From Bacteroidales bacterium (lineage in GTDB: Bacteria; Bacteroidota; Bacteroidia; Bacteroidales; VadinHA17), in the NCBI GenBank assembly GCA_049975425.1, contig JBNGDI010000007.1, positions 10,431-74,430 of the forward strand: 64,000 nt of DNA. The letters are read 5' to 3'. Positions 1-9,946 of this stretch are shown piece after piece (positions within the stretch are counted from its first letter, which is position 1; each line of letters opens with the position of its first letter). A model generated the notes under the pieces. The model had not been told where the DNA came from. It saw only the letters and a list, made by a program, of their open reading frames with translations, and ran no database searches. A program made the position numbers and the translations under genes.

Positions 1-74
1 CTGAAGGTGTAAGGGTGGCAATGGTTGAGCACAACAGAGCTCCCATCGAACTGATTGAATTTGAGAAGGAATAA
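1..74 (+). CDS. 3' end of a gene cut by the window edge; the peptide EGVRVAMVEHNRAPIELIEFEKE* resembles the C-terminus of VOC/glyoxalase-fold proteins such as methylmalonyl-CoA epimerase
   Basis: Frame 3 is open from position 3 to TAA at 72-74. Only 23 codons are visible, so the family guess is by eye. Confidence 0.25.
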   Translation, partial: EGVRVAMVEHNRAPIELIEFEKE

Positions 75-219
75 TTATATACACGACATCTTAATGTATT
101 GATTTTTCTATTGTTTCCACTGACATTATCCCGGAGCCATGTGGTGGAAAACCAAACGGAGCCCCCCGCCTCTCTGCAGAATCGGTTAAGGCCCCAAAAA
201 TCATTGAAGCGGAATGCTT

Positions 220-2784
220 TTATTCCCGGTCATCATAAAGATCAGCACTCACCCTGACCGTTCGGCTGCTGCGTCCGGCCCGGTCGAATGCTTTCAGGAG
301 GACTGTGTCCTCAACCGGTATTCGGGCGGTATATATTTCCGATTCACTGACGGGTTCTGTGCCATCAGTAGTATAATGTATATTGAATCCATCACAGGGC
401 ATACAGGCCTCCACCATATCGTTCCGAATCACGGCTCCGGGAGGAGGGACACGATAGTTGTACCCCCCGTTCCGCAAGGAAAGTTTCGGGAGTTCTTCCT
501 GATACAGGGTGATGAGAAACTGTTGCCACTGAATCTCTTTTTCTTTCAGGGCCTTTCCCTTTTCCGACGGGATTTCCCATACAGGTACTTCTGCCCAGGA
601 ACGTTCGGCAAAAGCAATCATTTTGGGAAGGAGGTAATATTCCATCATCTCCCCTCCCCTGATGGTTTCGTGCCACAGCTCAGCCTGCAGGCCAATGATA
701 TTTGGCCGTGCCCGGGATTCGAGTTTTTCAGATCCGGCGCTCTTATCCGGAATCATGTAAAAGGGTGCCAGTTCCCAGGCATCCCGCTCATTGTTGTATC
801 CTGCCCAGTACAAACCGGGTTCTTTCGGATGAGGGTCATAAGCCAGATCAAGATAGACATTGGTAGCCGGACACAGCACCACAGGATACCCGCTGTTCGC
901 CATCCGGTAGCCGAGATCTTCCGATCCACGCAGGTTATTCCAGATATAGGGAACCACATTCCTCCGGTTGAATTCTTCATTTACTCTGTATGTTCCATCT
1001 TCCAACCGGGTAAGGGCCACTTCCTCCCACCCACCGGTTTTCAGGCCCCTTTCTTCCAGAATACGAACAATCCGCCGGAAAAAGTAGTTCTGCAGGTTTT
1101 TCGGATCTGTGATTCCGGGCAGGCGGGCAAGCAATGTATCACATAACGGTGAATCTGTCCATACCCCGTCCGGCACCTCGTCACCTCCGGTATGAATCAT
1201 ATCCAGGGGGACTCCTGCTTCCCTGTACATAGCAATAACCTCATCAACCACGGTTTCAAAAAAATGATAAACCGATTCCCTGGCCACATTCACCACATTA
1301 TCGTCATAAAATTGTGCCGACCGGTACATCGATTTATCGTCCGGGTCGATAAGACGGTATTCTTCTGCCTCTTCCGGCTTCCCTTGTTCTATCAGGCGCC
1401 TGCAGCGGGCCTCCATAGCTCTGATGGCCGCCCTTGCATGACCCGGAAGGTTTATGCTGGGAATCACCTGAATATGCCTTTCATGGGCATAACGAATGAT
1501 TTCTTTAAACTCTTCCTGTGAATAATATCCAGTACCATAATTACCCGGGCGATCCGGGAAAGGCCCGGATCCATAAGCCGGAGGGAGGCATTCGGGCTCC
1601 TTTGCGGGATGGCCCCGGCGTGAACCCATTTCGGTAAGTTCTGGAAGCGCTTTGATCTGAATCCTCCACCCTTCATCTTCTGTAAGGTACAGGTGCAGCC
1701 GGTTCAGCTTATACATGCTCATCAGATCGATGATTTTCAGCAATTGTTTCCGGGTCTGGAAATTCCGGCATACATCGATGTGCTGCCCGCGGTATGCAAA
1801 GCGGGGAGCATCTTCGATATATATTTCGGAAAAGACAACCGATCCGTTTTTTCCCTGGCAGGCAGAAAAGGGAATAAGCCCCAGCAGGCTTTGTACTCCG
1901 TAGAACACACCGGCAGGAGTGCCCTGTATACGGATCATTCCGCTTTCCATTTCCAGCCGGTAACTTTCTTCCGTCTTCCCTCCCACAATCACCGGCATGT
2001 TTTTCAACTCAATGACCGGACCGGCCATTCTTTTCCGGCCGGTTACCAACAGTTCCATCCCGGTCAGTTCGGCTAATTTTTTCTTCAGATACCGGGCTTC
2101 AAAATTCAGACCTTCATCAAAAGAGATGACCCAGGTCGAATCCAGCATAAAGCGGTGTTCTCCGGTTTTGTATCTCACAGGAGAGGGGATCAGTGGCATG
2201 AATCCCATGGCAGAATCCGGTTTCATTGCGGCATATTCCCTGAGTCTTGCCGATGCCCAGGGAAGAGGAGAAGGATCGTTTCTGGAACAGCGCAACTGAC
2301 CGGGCCTTACAAAGGGTTTCACCCTGTAATCACCGATAACGATGATATCCTGCTGCTCTCCTTCTTCATTGTACAACACAAAATAAAGTCCCCGGGGAGC
2401 ATCGCTTTCCTTGAGATAACATCCCCGGAAGGCATAGTAAATATCAATGCTTTCGCCGGGAGGAAGATTAAACCCCTTGCGTGGCACAAGTTTGTACCAG
2501 TCGCCGTTGATATGCTGCACCTCTGCCTCTGCGGTGTCAGAAGCAGGAACAATCGACCGGGGAGCCATATTGAAATACAGGGCCCATCCGGAAGATCCCA
2601 GTATGGTCTTACCTGAATTAGTAAGAGTATAACAGGCCAGGGCACCCGGAGCAGGGTTGTCGACATTACTGACCAGTTCCCATTCCACCCGAATTTCCCC
2701 GACAGCAGGGCCATCGGGCAAAATTTTACATTGACTACTGATAATCATTAACATAAGAAATACAGAAATGAAATAATTTCTCAC
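220..2784 (-). CDS. GH20 beta-N-acetylhexosaminidase, secreted
   Basis: 854-aa ORF with an N-terminal signal-like segment (MRNYFISVFLMLMIISSQC). GH20 catalytic-region motifs are present: RGQHIDVCRNF, LHLYLTEDEGWRIQI, HTGGDEV. Confidence 0.9.
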   Translation of the reverse strand: MRNYFISVFLMLMIISSQCKILPDGPAVGEIRVEWELVSNVDNPAPGALACYTLTNSGKTILGSSGWALYFNMAPRSIVPASDTAEAEVQHINGDWYKLVPRKGFNLPPGESIDIYYAFRGCYLKESDAPRGLYFVLYNEEGEQQDIIVIGDYRVKPFVRPGQLRCSRNDPSPLPWASARLREYAAMKPDSAMGFMPLIPSPVRYKTGEHRFMLDSTWVISFDEGLNFEARYLKKKLAELTGMELLVTGRKRMAGPVIELKNMPVIVGGKTEESYRLEMESGMIRIQGTPAGVFYGVQSLLGLIPFSACQGKNGSVVFSEIYIEDAPRFAYRGQHIDVCRNFQTRKQLLKIIDLMSMYKLNRLHLYLTEDEGWRIQIKALPELTEMGSRRGHPAKEPECLPPAYGSGPFPDRPGNYGTGYYSQEEFKEIIRYAHERHIQVIPSINLPGHARAAIRAMEARCRRLIEQGKPEEAEEYRLIDPDDKSMYRSAQFYDDNVVNVARESVYHFFETVVDEVIAMYREAGVPLDMIHTGGDEVPDGVWTDSPLCDTLLARLPGITDPKNLQNYFFRRIVRILEERGLKTGGWEEVALTRLEDGTYRVNEEFNRRNVVPYIWNNLRGSEDLGYRMANSGYPVVLCPATNVYLDLAYDPHPKEPGLYWAGYNNERDAWELAPFYMIPDKSAGSEKLESRARPNIIGLQAELWHETIRGGEMMEYYLLPKMIAFAERSWAEVPVWEIPSEKGKALKEKEIQWQQFLITLYQEELPKLSLRNGGYNYRVPPPGAVIRNDMVEACMPCDGFNIHYTTDGTEPVSESEIYTARIPVEDTVLLKAFDRAGRSSRTVRVSADLYDDRE

Positions 2785-2889
2785 AGCAGTTATTATTTAT
2801 ATAAGAATTTAGTATCTTAAAACTGGCTTTTCAAATCCGGGAAACAGAAATCCGATAAAAACAATTCAAGTTATAAAAATATCGGAACA

Positions 2890-5241
2890 ATGCATTCAGT
2901 CAATTTCACAAATGTAGAGAGGCATTTCATTGGTGAAGCGAATATCGCACTGCAAAAAACCAATGTTCCCTACATTGTAGTGGATAATTTTCCCCTGCTT
3001 GGTCTTCTTACCTCGTTGCGGTTTCTTGAATGGGTTGCCGAAAACCCGGAAGGGGTGATCAGCCTGCCAACCGGTAAAACACCTGAGTATTTCATATTAT
3101 GGACCAGGTACCTGCTCGAGCAGTGGAATACCGGAAAAGGCAGGAAAATGCGGGACCGGTACGGCCTGGGAAAACTTTCGCGACCCGATCTCAGCCGTCT
3201 GCGTTTTGTTCAGATCGATGAATTTTACCCGATCGATTCATCCCAGCATAACAGTTTCTGTTATTACGTAAAGCATTTTTACCTCAATGGGTTCGGACTG
3301 AAAAGCCAGAATGCCATGCTGATCGATTCAGAAAAGATCCCCCTGGCGGAAGGAAAACATTACGCGGAAGTTTTTCCGGATTCGGTGGTTGATTTATCGC
3401 TCCGTTACCGTGAACCGGCCAGCAAATTCGAACAGCTTCAGCAGGAGTCCATTTTCATGATCGATAACTGGTGTTCGGAATACGAAGCCCGCATACGTAA
3501 AATGGGAGGTATCGGTTTTTTTCTCGGGGGAATCGGTCCTGACGGGCATATTGCTTTCAATACGCGGGGCTCCGATCATCATTCCACCACGCGGTTAACA
3601 TCCACCAATTTTGAAACCCAGGCGGTTGCTGCTACCGATCTGGGAGGAATCGAGATTGCCCGGAACCGTCTGGTCATTACCATTGGGTTGGAAACCATTA
3701 CCTACCATCCCGATACCACGGCCATTATTTTCGCGGCCGGTGATGCCAAAGCTCCCGTAGTAAGAAATGCTCTCGAGGAAAAGCCTGCAAATTTTCACCC
3801 TGCCTCGGCTTTGCACAAACTAAACAATGCACGTTTTTACCTCACCCGCGGAGCAGCTTCAAAACTCAGCGCAAGCATTGATCACTATTACAACACACAG
3901 GAGTGGAACGAGGAAAAAACCCAGCGTACGGTGATTGATCTGTGCCGTAAACTCGACAAATATGCCCACCACCTGACCATCGAGGATCTGCAAAGCGATC
4001 CATACTGCTCAAAAATTCCCGGTCTGAATGAAAAGACCGTTCAAACGGTGATAGATTCGGTGGTGCAAAAGATCAACCGGGGAATGAAAGGAGAAAGTCA
4101 CCAGGTATATTACCATACCGGCCCGCACCACGACGATATCATGCTGGGCATGCTGCCCCACATTCACCGTCTGCTCAGAAACGAAACCAACAAAGCCCAT
4201 TTTTCCATTCTAACTTCGGGATTTACTGCGGTTACCAACCGTTTCATAACAGAAGCGCTGGAGGACACCAAAAAATTTCTGAATGCGGGATTGATACAGA
4301 TGACCGAATATCCTGATTTTTTTGAGAAAGGGTATAAATACAAATGGGACAAGGATGTATATCATTATCTGATCAAGGTAGCTTCGGGGGAACCTTTTGA
4401 ATTAAGGCGGGGGCTTTCACACCGGATTGTCCGTTCCCTTGTGGAAATTTACGGGATCCATGATGTGAATGAGCTGAAGCAGCAAATCGACAAAATTCTC
4501 ACGGTTCTGTACAGCAGCTATGACGGAGAAAAAAATCCGGTACCTATTCAGCAATTAAAAGGGAGGATCAGGGAATTTGAAGAAGAACTGGTATGGGCAC
4601 GTTTCGGTATTCAGGTAAAGGATGTCCATCATATGCGGCTGGGATTCTATACCGGTGACATCTTCACCGAGCAGCCTTACCGGAAAAGGGATGTGGAGCC
4701 GGTGCTGAATCAAATGAAAGAGATTGACCCTACGGTGATCAGTCTGGCCTTTGACCCGGAAGGGAGCGGCCCCGACACCCATTATAAAGTGTTGCAGGTT
4801 CTTGCTGAAGCCATCAGGTTGTGGGGACAGGAGAAGGACCTTTCCGGGCTGAGGATATGGGGTTACCGCAATGTATGGCACCGGTTCCATCCAGCCGAGG
4901 CCAATGTGATTGTTCCGGTTTCGCTGAACGCCATGAGTGTAATGGACCATGCGTTTACCCACTGTTATCTCAGCCAGGTTGAGGCATCCTTCCCCAGCTA
5001 CGAATACGATGGAAAGTTCAGTGATCTGACAAGGCAAATCTGGGTGGATCAGCTCAGACAGATACAGCTGGTTCTGGGAAAAAACTTTTTCTACCAGCAT
5101 GAAAGCCCGCGAATACGTGCCACCCATGGTTTGTTGTTCTTTAAGGAAATGACGGCAGATGAATTCCTGGGGCATGCCAGAAGGCTGGAGGAAACGATGG
5201 AAGTAAGGAACTGGAGAGAAAAAGTCCGGGCCGTGAAATAA
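2890..5241 (+). CDS. nagB: Long-form glucosamine-6-phosphate deaminase: N-terminal NagB/6-phosphogluconolactonase-fold domain fused to a C-terminal domain of about 400 aa with a PIG-L/LmbE-like motif
   Basis: 783-aa ORF. The NagB signature GGIGPDGHIAFNTRGS is in the first third. YYHTGPHHDDIMLG at about residue 405 resembles the (A/P)HPDD metal-binding motif of PIG-L/LmbE deacetylases. The gene is divergent from the GH20 gene. Confidence 0.8.
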   Translation: MHSVNFTNVERHFIGEANIALQKTNVPYIVVDNFPLLGLLTSLRFLEWVAENPEGVISLPTGKTPEYFILWTRYLLEQWNTGKGRKMRDRYGLGKLSRPDLSRLRFVQIDEFYPIDSSQHNSFCYYVKHFYLNGFGLKSQNAMLIDSEKIPLAEGKHYAEVFPDSVVDLSLRYREPASKFEQLQQESIFMIDNWCSEYEARIRKMGGIGFFLGGIGPDGHIAFNTRGSDHHSTTRLTSTNFETQAVAATDLGGIEIARNRLVITIGLETITYHPDTTAIIFAAGDAKAPVVRNALEEKPANFHPASALHKLNNARFYLTRGAASKLSASIDHYYNTQEWNEEKTQRTVIDLCRKLDKYAHHLTIEDLQSDPYCSKIPGLNEKTVQTVIDSVVQKINRGMKGESHQVYYHTGPHHDDIMLGMLPHIHRLLRNETNKAHFSILTSGFTAVTNRFITEALEDTKKFLNAGLIQMTEYPDFFEKGYKYKWDKDVYHYLIKVASGEPFELRRGLSHRIVRSLVEIYGIHDVNELKQQIDKILTVLYSSYDGEKNPVPIQQLKGRIREFEEELVWARFGIQVKDVHHMRLGFYTGDIFTEQPYRKRDVEPVLNQMKEIDPTVISLAFDPEGSGPDTHYKVLQVLAEAIRLWGQEKDLSGLRIWGYRNVWHRFHPAEANVIVPVSLNAMSVMDHAFTHCYLSQVEASFPSYEYDGKFSDLTRQIWVDQLRQIQLVLGKNFFYQHESPRIRATHGLLFFKEMTADEFLGHARRLEETMEVRNWREKVRAVK

Positions 5242-5289
5242 ATTTCAGTGCGTCACATTCTGATATATAAGAAATGATACTTTTTTCCT

Positions 5290-6381
5290 ATGGAAAATAA
5301 ACGACTTTTATCACTCGATGCCTTTCGCGGGTTTACCATAGCCGCCATGATTATGGTCAACTTCCCCGGAAGCTGGTCACATGTTTATCCGCCACTGCTT
5401 CATGCCCGATGGCACGGAATGACACCCACGGATCTGATCTTCCCGTTTTTCCTCTTTATCGTGGGCGTATCCATTACGCTGGCCTATACCAAACTGCTGA
5501 ACCGGGGGGTGAGCCGCGGATCCATCTACAGAAAGATACTGTTCCGGACAATGAAAATCTTTCTGGTGGGGCTACTTCTGAATTACATTCACCATTTTGA
5601 CCTTTCCCAGCTGCGTTACGCCGGGGTTTTACAAAGAATTGCCATTGTATTTCTGGCGGTTTCCCTGTTATTTCTTCATACACGCTGGAAAACCCAGCTG
5701 GTAACCGGCGGATTGATACTGGTTGCTTACTGGCTGGCCATGGTGCTGATTCCCACTCCCGGATATGACAAAGCCATGCTTGAACCGGGTGTAAACCTGG
5801 CGGCCTGGGTTGACAGTCAATTGCTGCCGGGCAAGATGTGGCAGGGAACCTGGGATCCGGAAGGGATTCTCAGTACTTTTCCGGCTATCGCTACCGGAAT
5901 AATGGGTATGCTCACAGGCAGATTGATCTTAAGTGAAACAGAAGAAGAACGAAAGGTAATATGGATGTTTTTTCTGGGAACAATAGTGGCTATAGCCGGT
6001 TATATTTGGAGCTGGTTTTTCCCCCTCAACAAAAACCTATGGACCAGTTCGTATGTTCTGGTAACGGGAGGCTTTGCCATGATTTTGCTGGCAGCCAGCA
6101 TTTTTCGGGTAGACATGCAAAACAAAACAGGCATCGCCCGAATAGGAATCATTTTCGGATCGAACGCCATCACGATCTATGTTCTGGCCGATATCCTGGG
6201 ATTTGTTTTTTATGGCACGCCGATAGGTGGTTTCACGCTGAACAACTATTTCGTTGATCTGTCAAAACATACCCTGCTCTCACCCGAATTTATGAGCCTG
6301 TTATATGCCCTGTTGTATGTGGGAATCCTTTTCATCCCGGCCTGGTGGCTTTATCAAAAGAAAATATTCATAAAGCTATAG
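5290..6381 (+). CDS. Polytopic membrane protein of the heparan-alpha-glucosaminide N-acetyltransferase-like (DUF1624/DUF5009-type) family
   Basis: 363-aa ORF with many hydrophobic segments. The N-terminal LSLDAFRGFTIAAMIMVN is typical of this family. It lies directly downstream of the nagB-like gene. Confidence 0.7.
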   Translation: MENKRLLSLDAFRGFTIAAMIMVNFPGSWSHVYPPLLHARWHGMTPTDLIFPFFLFIVGVSITLAYTKLLNRGVSRGSIYRKILFRTMKIFLVGLLLNYIHHFDLSQLRYAGVLQRIAIVFLAVSLLFLHTRWKTQLVTGGLILVAYWLAMVLIPTPGYDKAMLEPGVNLAAWVDSQLLPGKMWQGTWDPEGILSTFPAIATGIMGMLTGRLILSETEEERKVIWMFFLGTIVAIAGYIWSWFFPLNKNLWTSSYVLVTGGFAMILLAASIFRVDMQNKTGIARIGIIFGSNAITIYVLADILGFVFYGTPIGGFTLNNYFVDLSKHTLLSPEFMSLLYALLYVGILFIPAWWLYQKKIFIKL

Positions 6382-6556
6382 CTATCAACAAATAATTATT
6401 TGATTTTACATGGCAGGCAAATGTACACATAGCCACATTTATTGTATAAAACCATCTGCAAGCAGGCACGGATAATACCAGAAGATCCGATGAACCAGAT
6501 GGTTCACCTGATTTTTTCGTAACTTGCCCGCCGTTTAATGCCATAAACAACTGATA

Positions 6557-7324
6557 ATGGAATCAAAAAAATGGTATGAATCGTTATTTGAAAATTACGG
6601 GCAACAGTACGACAGGGAATCGTTCACCCAGGGGACATCAGGCGAAGTTGATTTCATTGAAAGAGAACTGGATTACAACCGGTCACTCAAAATACTTGAT
6701 GTGGGATGCGGCACGGGAAGGCATGCCATTGAACTGACCAAACGGGGCTATTCCGTTACCGGGATTGATCTTTCGGAATCACAACTGAAAAGGGCCCGCG
6801 AAAACGCCCGCAAGCAGAATCTGGAGATCGATTTCCGCAGGTATGACGCAAGAAACCTGCCTTTTGATCAGGATTTTGATGCCGCCATCATGCTGTGTGA
6901 AGGAGGATTCCCCCTGATGGAAACCGACGAGATGAACTTTGAAATCCTGAAAAATGTAACCAAATCTCTCAAGAAAAAGTGCAAGTTTCTTTTCACCACC
7001 CTGAACGGATTGTTCCCTTTGTTTCATTCAGTGGAAGAATTTTGTAACTCATCTTCCGGAGAAGGCAATGCCACATACCGGAGCAAAACATTTGATCTGA
7101 TGACCTTCCGTGATCATAACCTTACAGAGGTAGAGGATGATGATGGCAACAGGAAGGTGCTGGAATGCAACGAAAGATATTATGTCCCCAGTGAAATTAC
7201 CTGGTTATTGAAATCTCTGGGATATACAAAAGTTGAGATATTCGGAGCCCGCCTCGGTGCTTTTTCAAGAAACGACCGGTTGACCACCGAGGATTATGAA
7301 ATGCTGGTCGTTGCGGAAAGATAA
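6557..7324 (+). CDS. Class I SAM-dependent methyltransferase
   Basis: Motif I, ILDVGCGTGRHAIELTKRGYSVTGIDLS. 255-aa ORF. Confidence 0.85.
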   Translation: MESKKWYESLFENYGQQYDRESFTQGTSGEVDFIERELDYNRSLKILDVGCGTGRHAIELTKRGYSVTGIDLSESQLKRARENARKQNLEIDFRRYDARNLPFDQDFDAAIMLCEGGFPLMETDEMNFEILKNVTKSLKKKCKFLFTTLNGLFPLFHSVEEFCNSSSGEGNATYRSKTFDLMTFRDHNLTEVEDDDGNRKVLECNERYYVPSEITWLLKSLGYTKVEIFGARLGAFSRNDRLTTEDYEMLVVAER

Positions 7325-7342
7325 TAAAGTAGAATTCGCCTT

Positions 7343-7669
7343 ATGCACTGGTTAACGCTGATTATAGCAGGTTTGTTTGAAACCGGATTTGCCATTTGCC
7401 TGGGTAAGGCCCGGGAAACCACGGGAAACGAATCCCTATTCTGGCTGGGCGGATTTGCAGCCAGTCTGGTCATCAGCATGTTGCTGCTATACAGAGTCAC
7501 CCGTTTTATTCCCATAGGCACGGCTTATGCTGTGTGGACGGGAATAGGAACAGCAGGGACGGTCGTTGCGGGCATTTTGCTTTTCAGGGAACCGGCTGAT
7601 TTCCGGCGCCTGTTTTTCCTGGTTATGCTGATCGTCTCCATTATTGGGCTAAGGCTTGTAAGCAAATAA
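7343..7669 (+). CDS. sugE: SMR-family small multidrug/guanidinium exporter (SugE/Gdx-like)
   Basis: 108 aa with four hydrophobic helices. The N-terminus MHWLTLIIAGLFETGFAICLGK carries the conserved membrane Glu. Confidence 0.85.
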   Translation: MHWLTLIIAGLFETGFAICLGKARETTGNESLFWLGGFAASLVISMLLLYRVTRFIPIGTAYAVWTGIGTAGTVVAGILLFREPADFRRLFFLVMLIVSIIGLRLVSK

Positions 7670-7751
7670 CCGGACATCATGAGGTTTCGGGAAATACTGA
7701 AATAAATAATTTGTAAAAGAATCATCAGGCGGGATAATCATAAACAGGTTC

Positions 7752-8504
7752 ATGATTATGGATGCACCGGTAAAAGATCAGGAAGAATGGATTTTTCTCG
7801 AGGCCTTCAGGCACATGAGCCAGGGATTCCCCAGCGGACGGATCATCAAGTCGGAGTCACCCGATTTTATTCTTCGCCATTCCCGCCGGTATGCCATTGG
7901 TATTGAAATAACACGTCTTACCGGCAGTTATGCCACACACGATTATTTTCAGCCGGGGCCCCATCATGAAGAAGAAAAAGGGATCCTGCAGGAAGCCTGT
8001 AGTTTATTTGAAACGAAACATGGCATCAGTTTGTATGTTCAGGCCGGTTTCCGTAATGATGCATGCCACCGTTCAGGTTCGGCACAAAACAAGGCAGCCC
8101 TGCTGGCTGAATGGGTGGGTGAACGGATAAAGGAAATAAACGGGGGAACAGAATACAGTTTGATTGAACAACAGCCGGTTGACCTTCCGTTTCTTGATCA
8201 CATCAGGGTTCTGTATATACCCGGACTTCGTTTCTCAAACTGGTCGATACACGATGAGCCTGACACAGGAGAATGGATTCCCGGTCTTATCGAACAGACC
8301 ATTCAACGTAAAACCCACAAGCTCAGTCTCTACCGAAAGCGTCGCCTCAATCAGTACTGGCTTATCATGGTAACCAGTACCACCGAGGGTCTGCCAAAAT
8401 TCAATCTTCAGGATCATCTGGATCAACGGCAGTGGTTCACTGGTTTTCAGCAGGTATTTCTTTTTGAACTTTTCCCGCCAAAGATCACGCCTGTATTTTC
8501 CTGA
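7752..8504 (+). CDS. Hypothetical protein with a weak PD-(D/E)xK-like N-terminal pattern
   Basis: 250-aa ORF with no overlapping better ORF. SESPDFILRH followed by YAIGIEITRL resembles a restriction-endonuclease-fold core, but the Lys is not evident. Confidence 0.5.
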   Translation: MIMDAPVKDQEEWIFLEAFRHMSQGFPSGRIIKSESPDFILRHSRRYAIGIEITRLTGSYATHDYFQPGPHHEEEKGILQEACSLFETKHGISLYVQAGFRNDACHRSGSAQNKAALLAEWVGERIKEINGGTEYSLIEQQPVDLPFLDHIRVLYIPGLRFSNWSIHDEPDTGEWIPGLIEQTIQRKTHKLSLYRKRRLNQYWLIMVTSTTEGLPKFNLQDHLDQRQWFTGFQQVFLFELFPPKITPVFS

Positions 8505-8643
8505 TCAACGGTTTACCGGCGTTATGAACAATCCGTCACAGGCATACCGTCAGTAACATTTTTAGACTCCCGGCATGGAAATAATAAATTTTGATCGTAC
8601 CTTCAGGGTAAGGAACAATCACGTAATACAAGAACATCATTCC

Positions 8644-9132
8644 ATGGAAAATCAATCAGCCGAAAATCAGGTAAACCGGGCAGGTATCCACCTGTTCAGG
8701 TATCAGTTGGTTTATGATATCTTTTTCCTGCTGATGGTCATAGCAGGAGGAGTACTGATCTATCTGGAAAAATCCGGAACACTTTTGATCCTGGCAGGCC
8801 TGGGACTTTCAGCCTTATTAAGCCTACTGGCGGCTTTTGCTCCTTTGCCCGAATCAACGGCGAAGGGAACCGACCGGTTCCTGTACAGGTTTAATGCCAT
8901 CCTGGTAGTGCTTATTCTTGCAGGCATCATTTTTGCGTTAATTAAACTTCCGCTGGCCAGACCCCTGTTAATTACCGGCACGGTAGGAATTCTGATTGCC
9001 GTACTGGCCATGCTGATCAGAAAAACCCGGTTTCCGGGGCAAAAAGTCATCCGATTCGGAATCATCATCAAATCGTTGATCCTGGGAATCAGCGGGGTTA
9101 TCATCTATATTATCGACGTGACAAGTTCCTGA
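8644..9132 (+). CDS. Hypothetical integral membrane protein (about 4 TM segments)
   Basis: The ORF track gives 8575..9132. The internal ATG (MENQSAENQ) at 8644 precedes the hydrophobic segments and is the more likely start. Confidence 0.55.
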   Translation: MENQSAENQVNRAGIHLFRYQLVYDIFFLLMVIAGGVLIYLEKSGTLLILAGLGLSALLSLLAAFAPLPESTAKGTDRFLYRFNAILVVLILAGIIFALIKLPLARPLLITGTVGILIAVLAMLIRKTRFPGQKVIRFGIIIKSLILGISGVIIYIIDVTSS

Positions 9133-9172
9133 ACACATTCCTTCCACACAATTCGTTAACAATAAAAACTAA

Positions 9173-9934
9173 ATGATGGGAAAATATACAACTGGTATTG
9201 CATTAGGAGGAGGGGGAGCCAGAGGATTCGCCCACCTGGGGATCATGAAAGCACTGCAGGAAAAAGGAGTTTATCCTGACATATATTCAGGAGTGAGCGC
9301 CGGAGCCATTGCTGGAGTATTCCTGGCAGCGGGGTTTTCTCCGGAAGAAACCCACAATATTCTGAAGGAAAACGGTTTTTTCAAGTATTCGAGGGTGCAC
9401 ATTCCCAAAACCGGGCTACTGAGCCTGGAAGGTCTCAAGGAAATTATTGAAAAACATATTGAAGCAAAGGATATTCAAGACCTGAAACACCCTTTGATAG
9501 TGACAGTAAGCAACATTACAGACGGAAAGGTTGAATACATAGACCGGGGTAATGTAGGAGAAACCATCCTGGCTTCCTGTTCCATCCCCATATTGTTTGC
9601 ACCGGTAGAAATTGACGGCAAATTATACGTGGACGGAGGCCTGTTCGATAATCTGCCCGTCAAGCCACTGCAGAAAAGATGTAAACGGATTATTGCCGCC
9701 AATATCAGTCCGTTATTGAAAAATGTTGAGCTGGACGGACTCGTGCAGATTGCCACCCGCATTTTTCATCTGAGTATCGGTTCAAAAATTGAGCAGAAGA
9801 AAGATCAGTGCGATTTGTTCATTGAACCGGAAGGGCTCAGGGATTATCATACCCTGGCAGCAGGTCATGCTGACGAATTGTTTGAGCTGGGATACAAATT
9901 TACCCGTGAGTTGTCTATCCAGTGGGAAAAATAG
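9173..9934 (+). CDS. Patatin-like phospholipase
   Basis: Oxyanion motif GGGGARGFAHLG and the nucleophile elbow GVSAGA. A DGG motif (YVDGGLFDN) supplies the catalytic Asp. Confidence 0.9.
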   Translation: MMGKYTTGIALGGGGARGFAHLGIMKALQEKGVYPDIYSGVSAGAIAGVFLAAGFSPEETHNILKENGFFKYSRVHIPKTGLLSLEGLKEIIEKHIEAKDIQDLKHPLIVTVSNITDGKVEYIDRGNVGETILASCSIPILFAPVEIDGKLYVDGGLFDNLPVKPLQKRCKRIIAANISPLLKNVELDGLVQIATRIFHLSIGSKIEQKKDQCDLFIEPEGLRDYHTLAAGHADELFELGYKFTRELSIQWEK

Positions 9935-9946
9935 TAGATTTGCAGC

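Noticed and set aside
214-1146. A 310-aa plus-strand ORF. Similar long antisense ORFs occur at 4555-5175, 15509-16057, 18927-19448, 41443-41943, 43138-43665 and 47655-48149.
   Set aside because: Each lies entirely inside, and antisense to or out of frame with, a gene with strong family motifs (GH20, NagB, LdhA, RadC, DUF4139, the M1 peptidase, the ABC transporter). The translations are low-complexity or Arg/Ser/Pro-rich and have no recognisable motifs. They are shadow ORFs.
6368-6550. A 60-aa minus-strand ORF in the 175-nt gap between the HGSNAT-like gene and the methyltransferase gene.
   Set aside because: It has no motif, and its composition is that of an AT-rich intergenic spacer. It is probably non-coding.
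9173-9934. The patatin-like phospholipase as a defence-system effector (CBASS-like).
   Set aside because: No cyclase, sensor, ATPase or other defence-associated gene is adjacent. The neighbours are metabolic or hypothetical membrane proteins.
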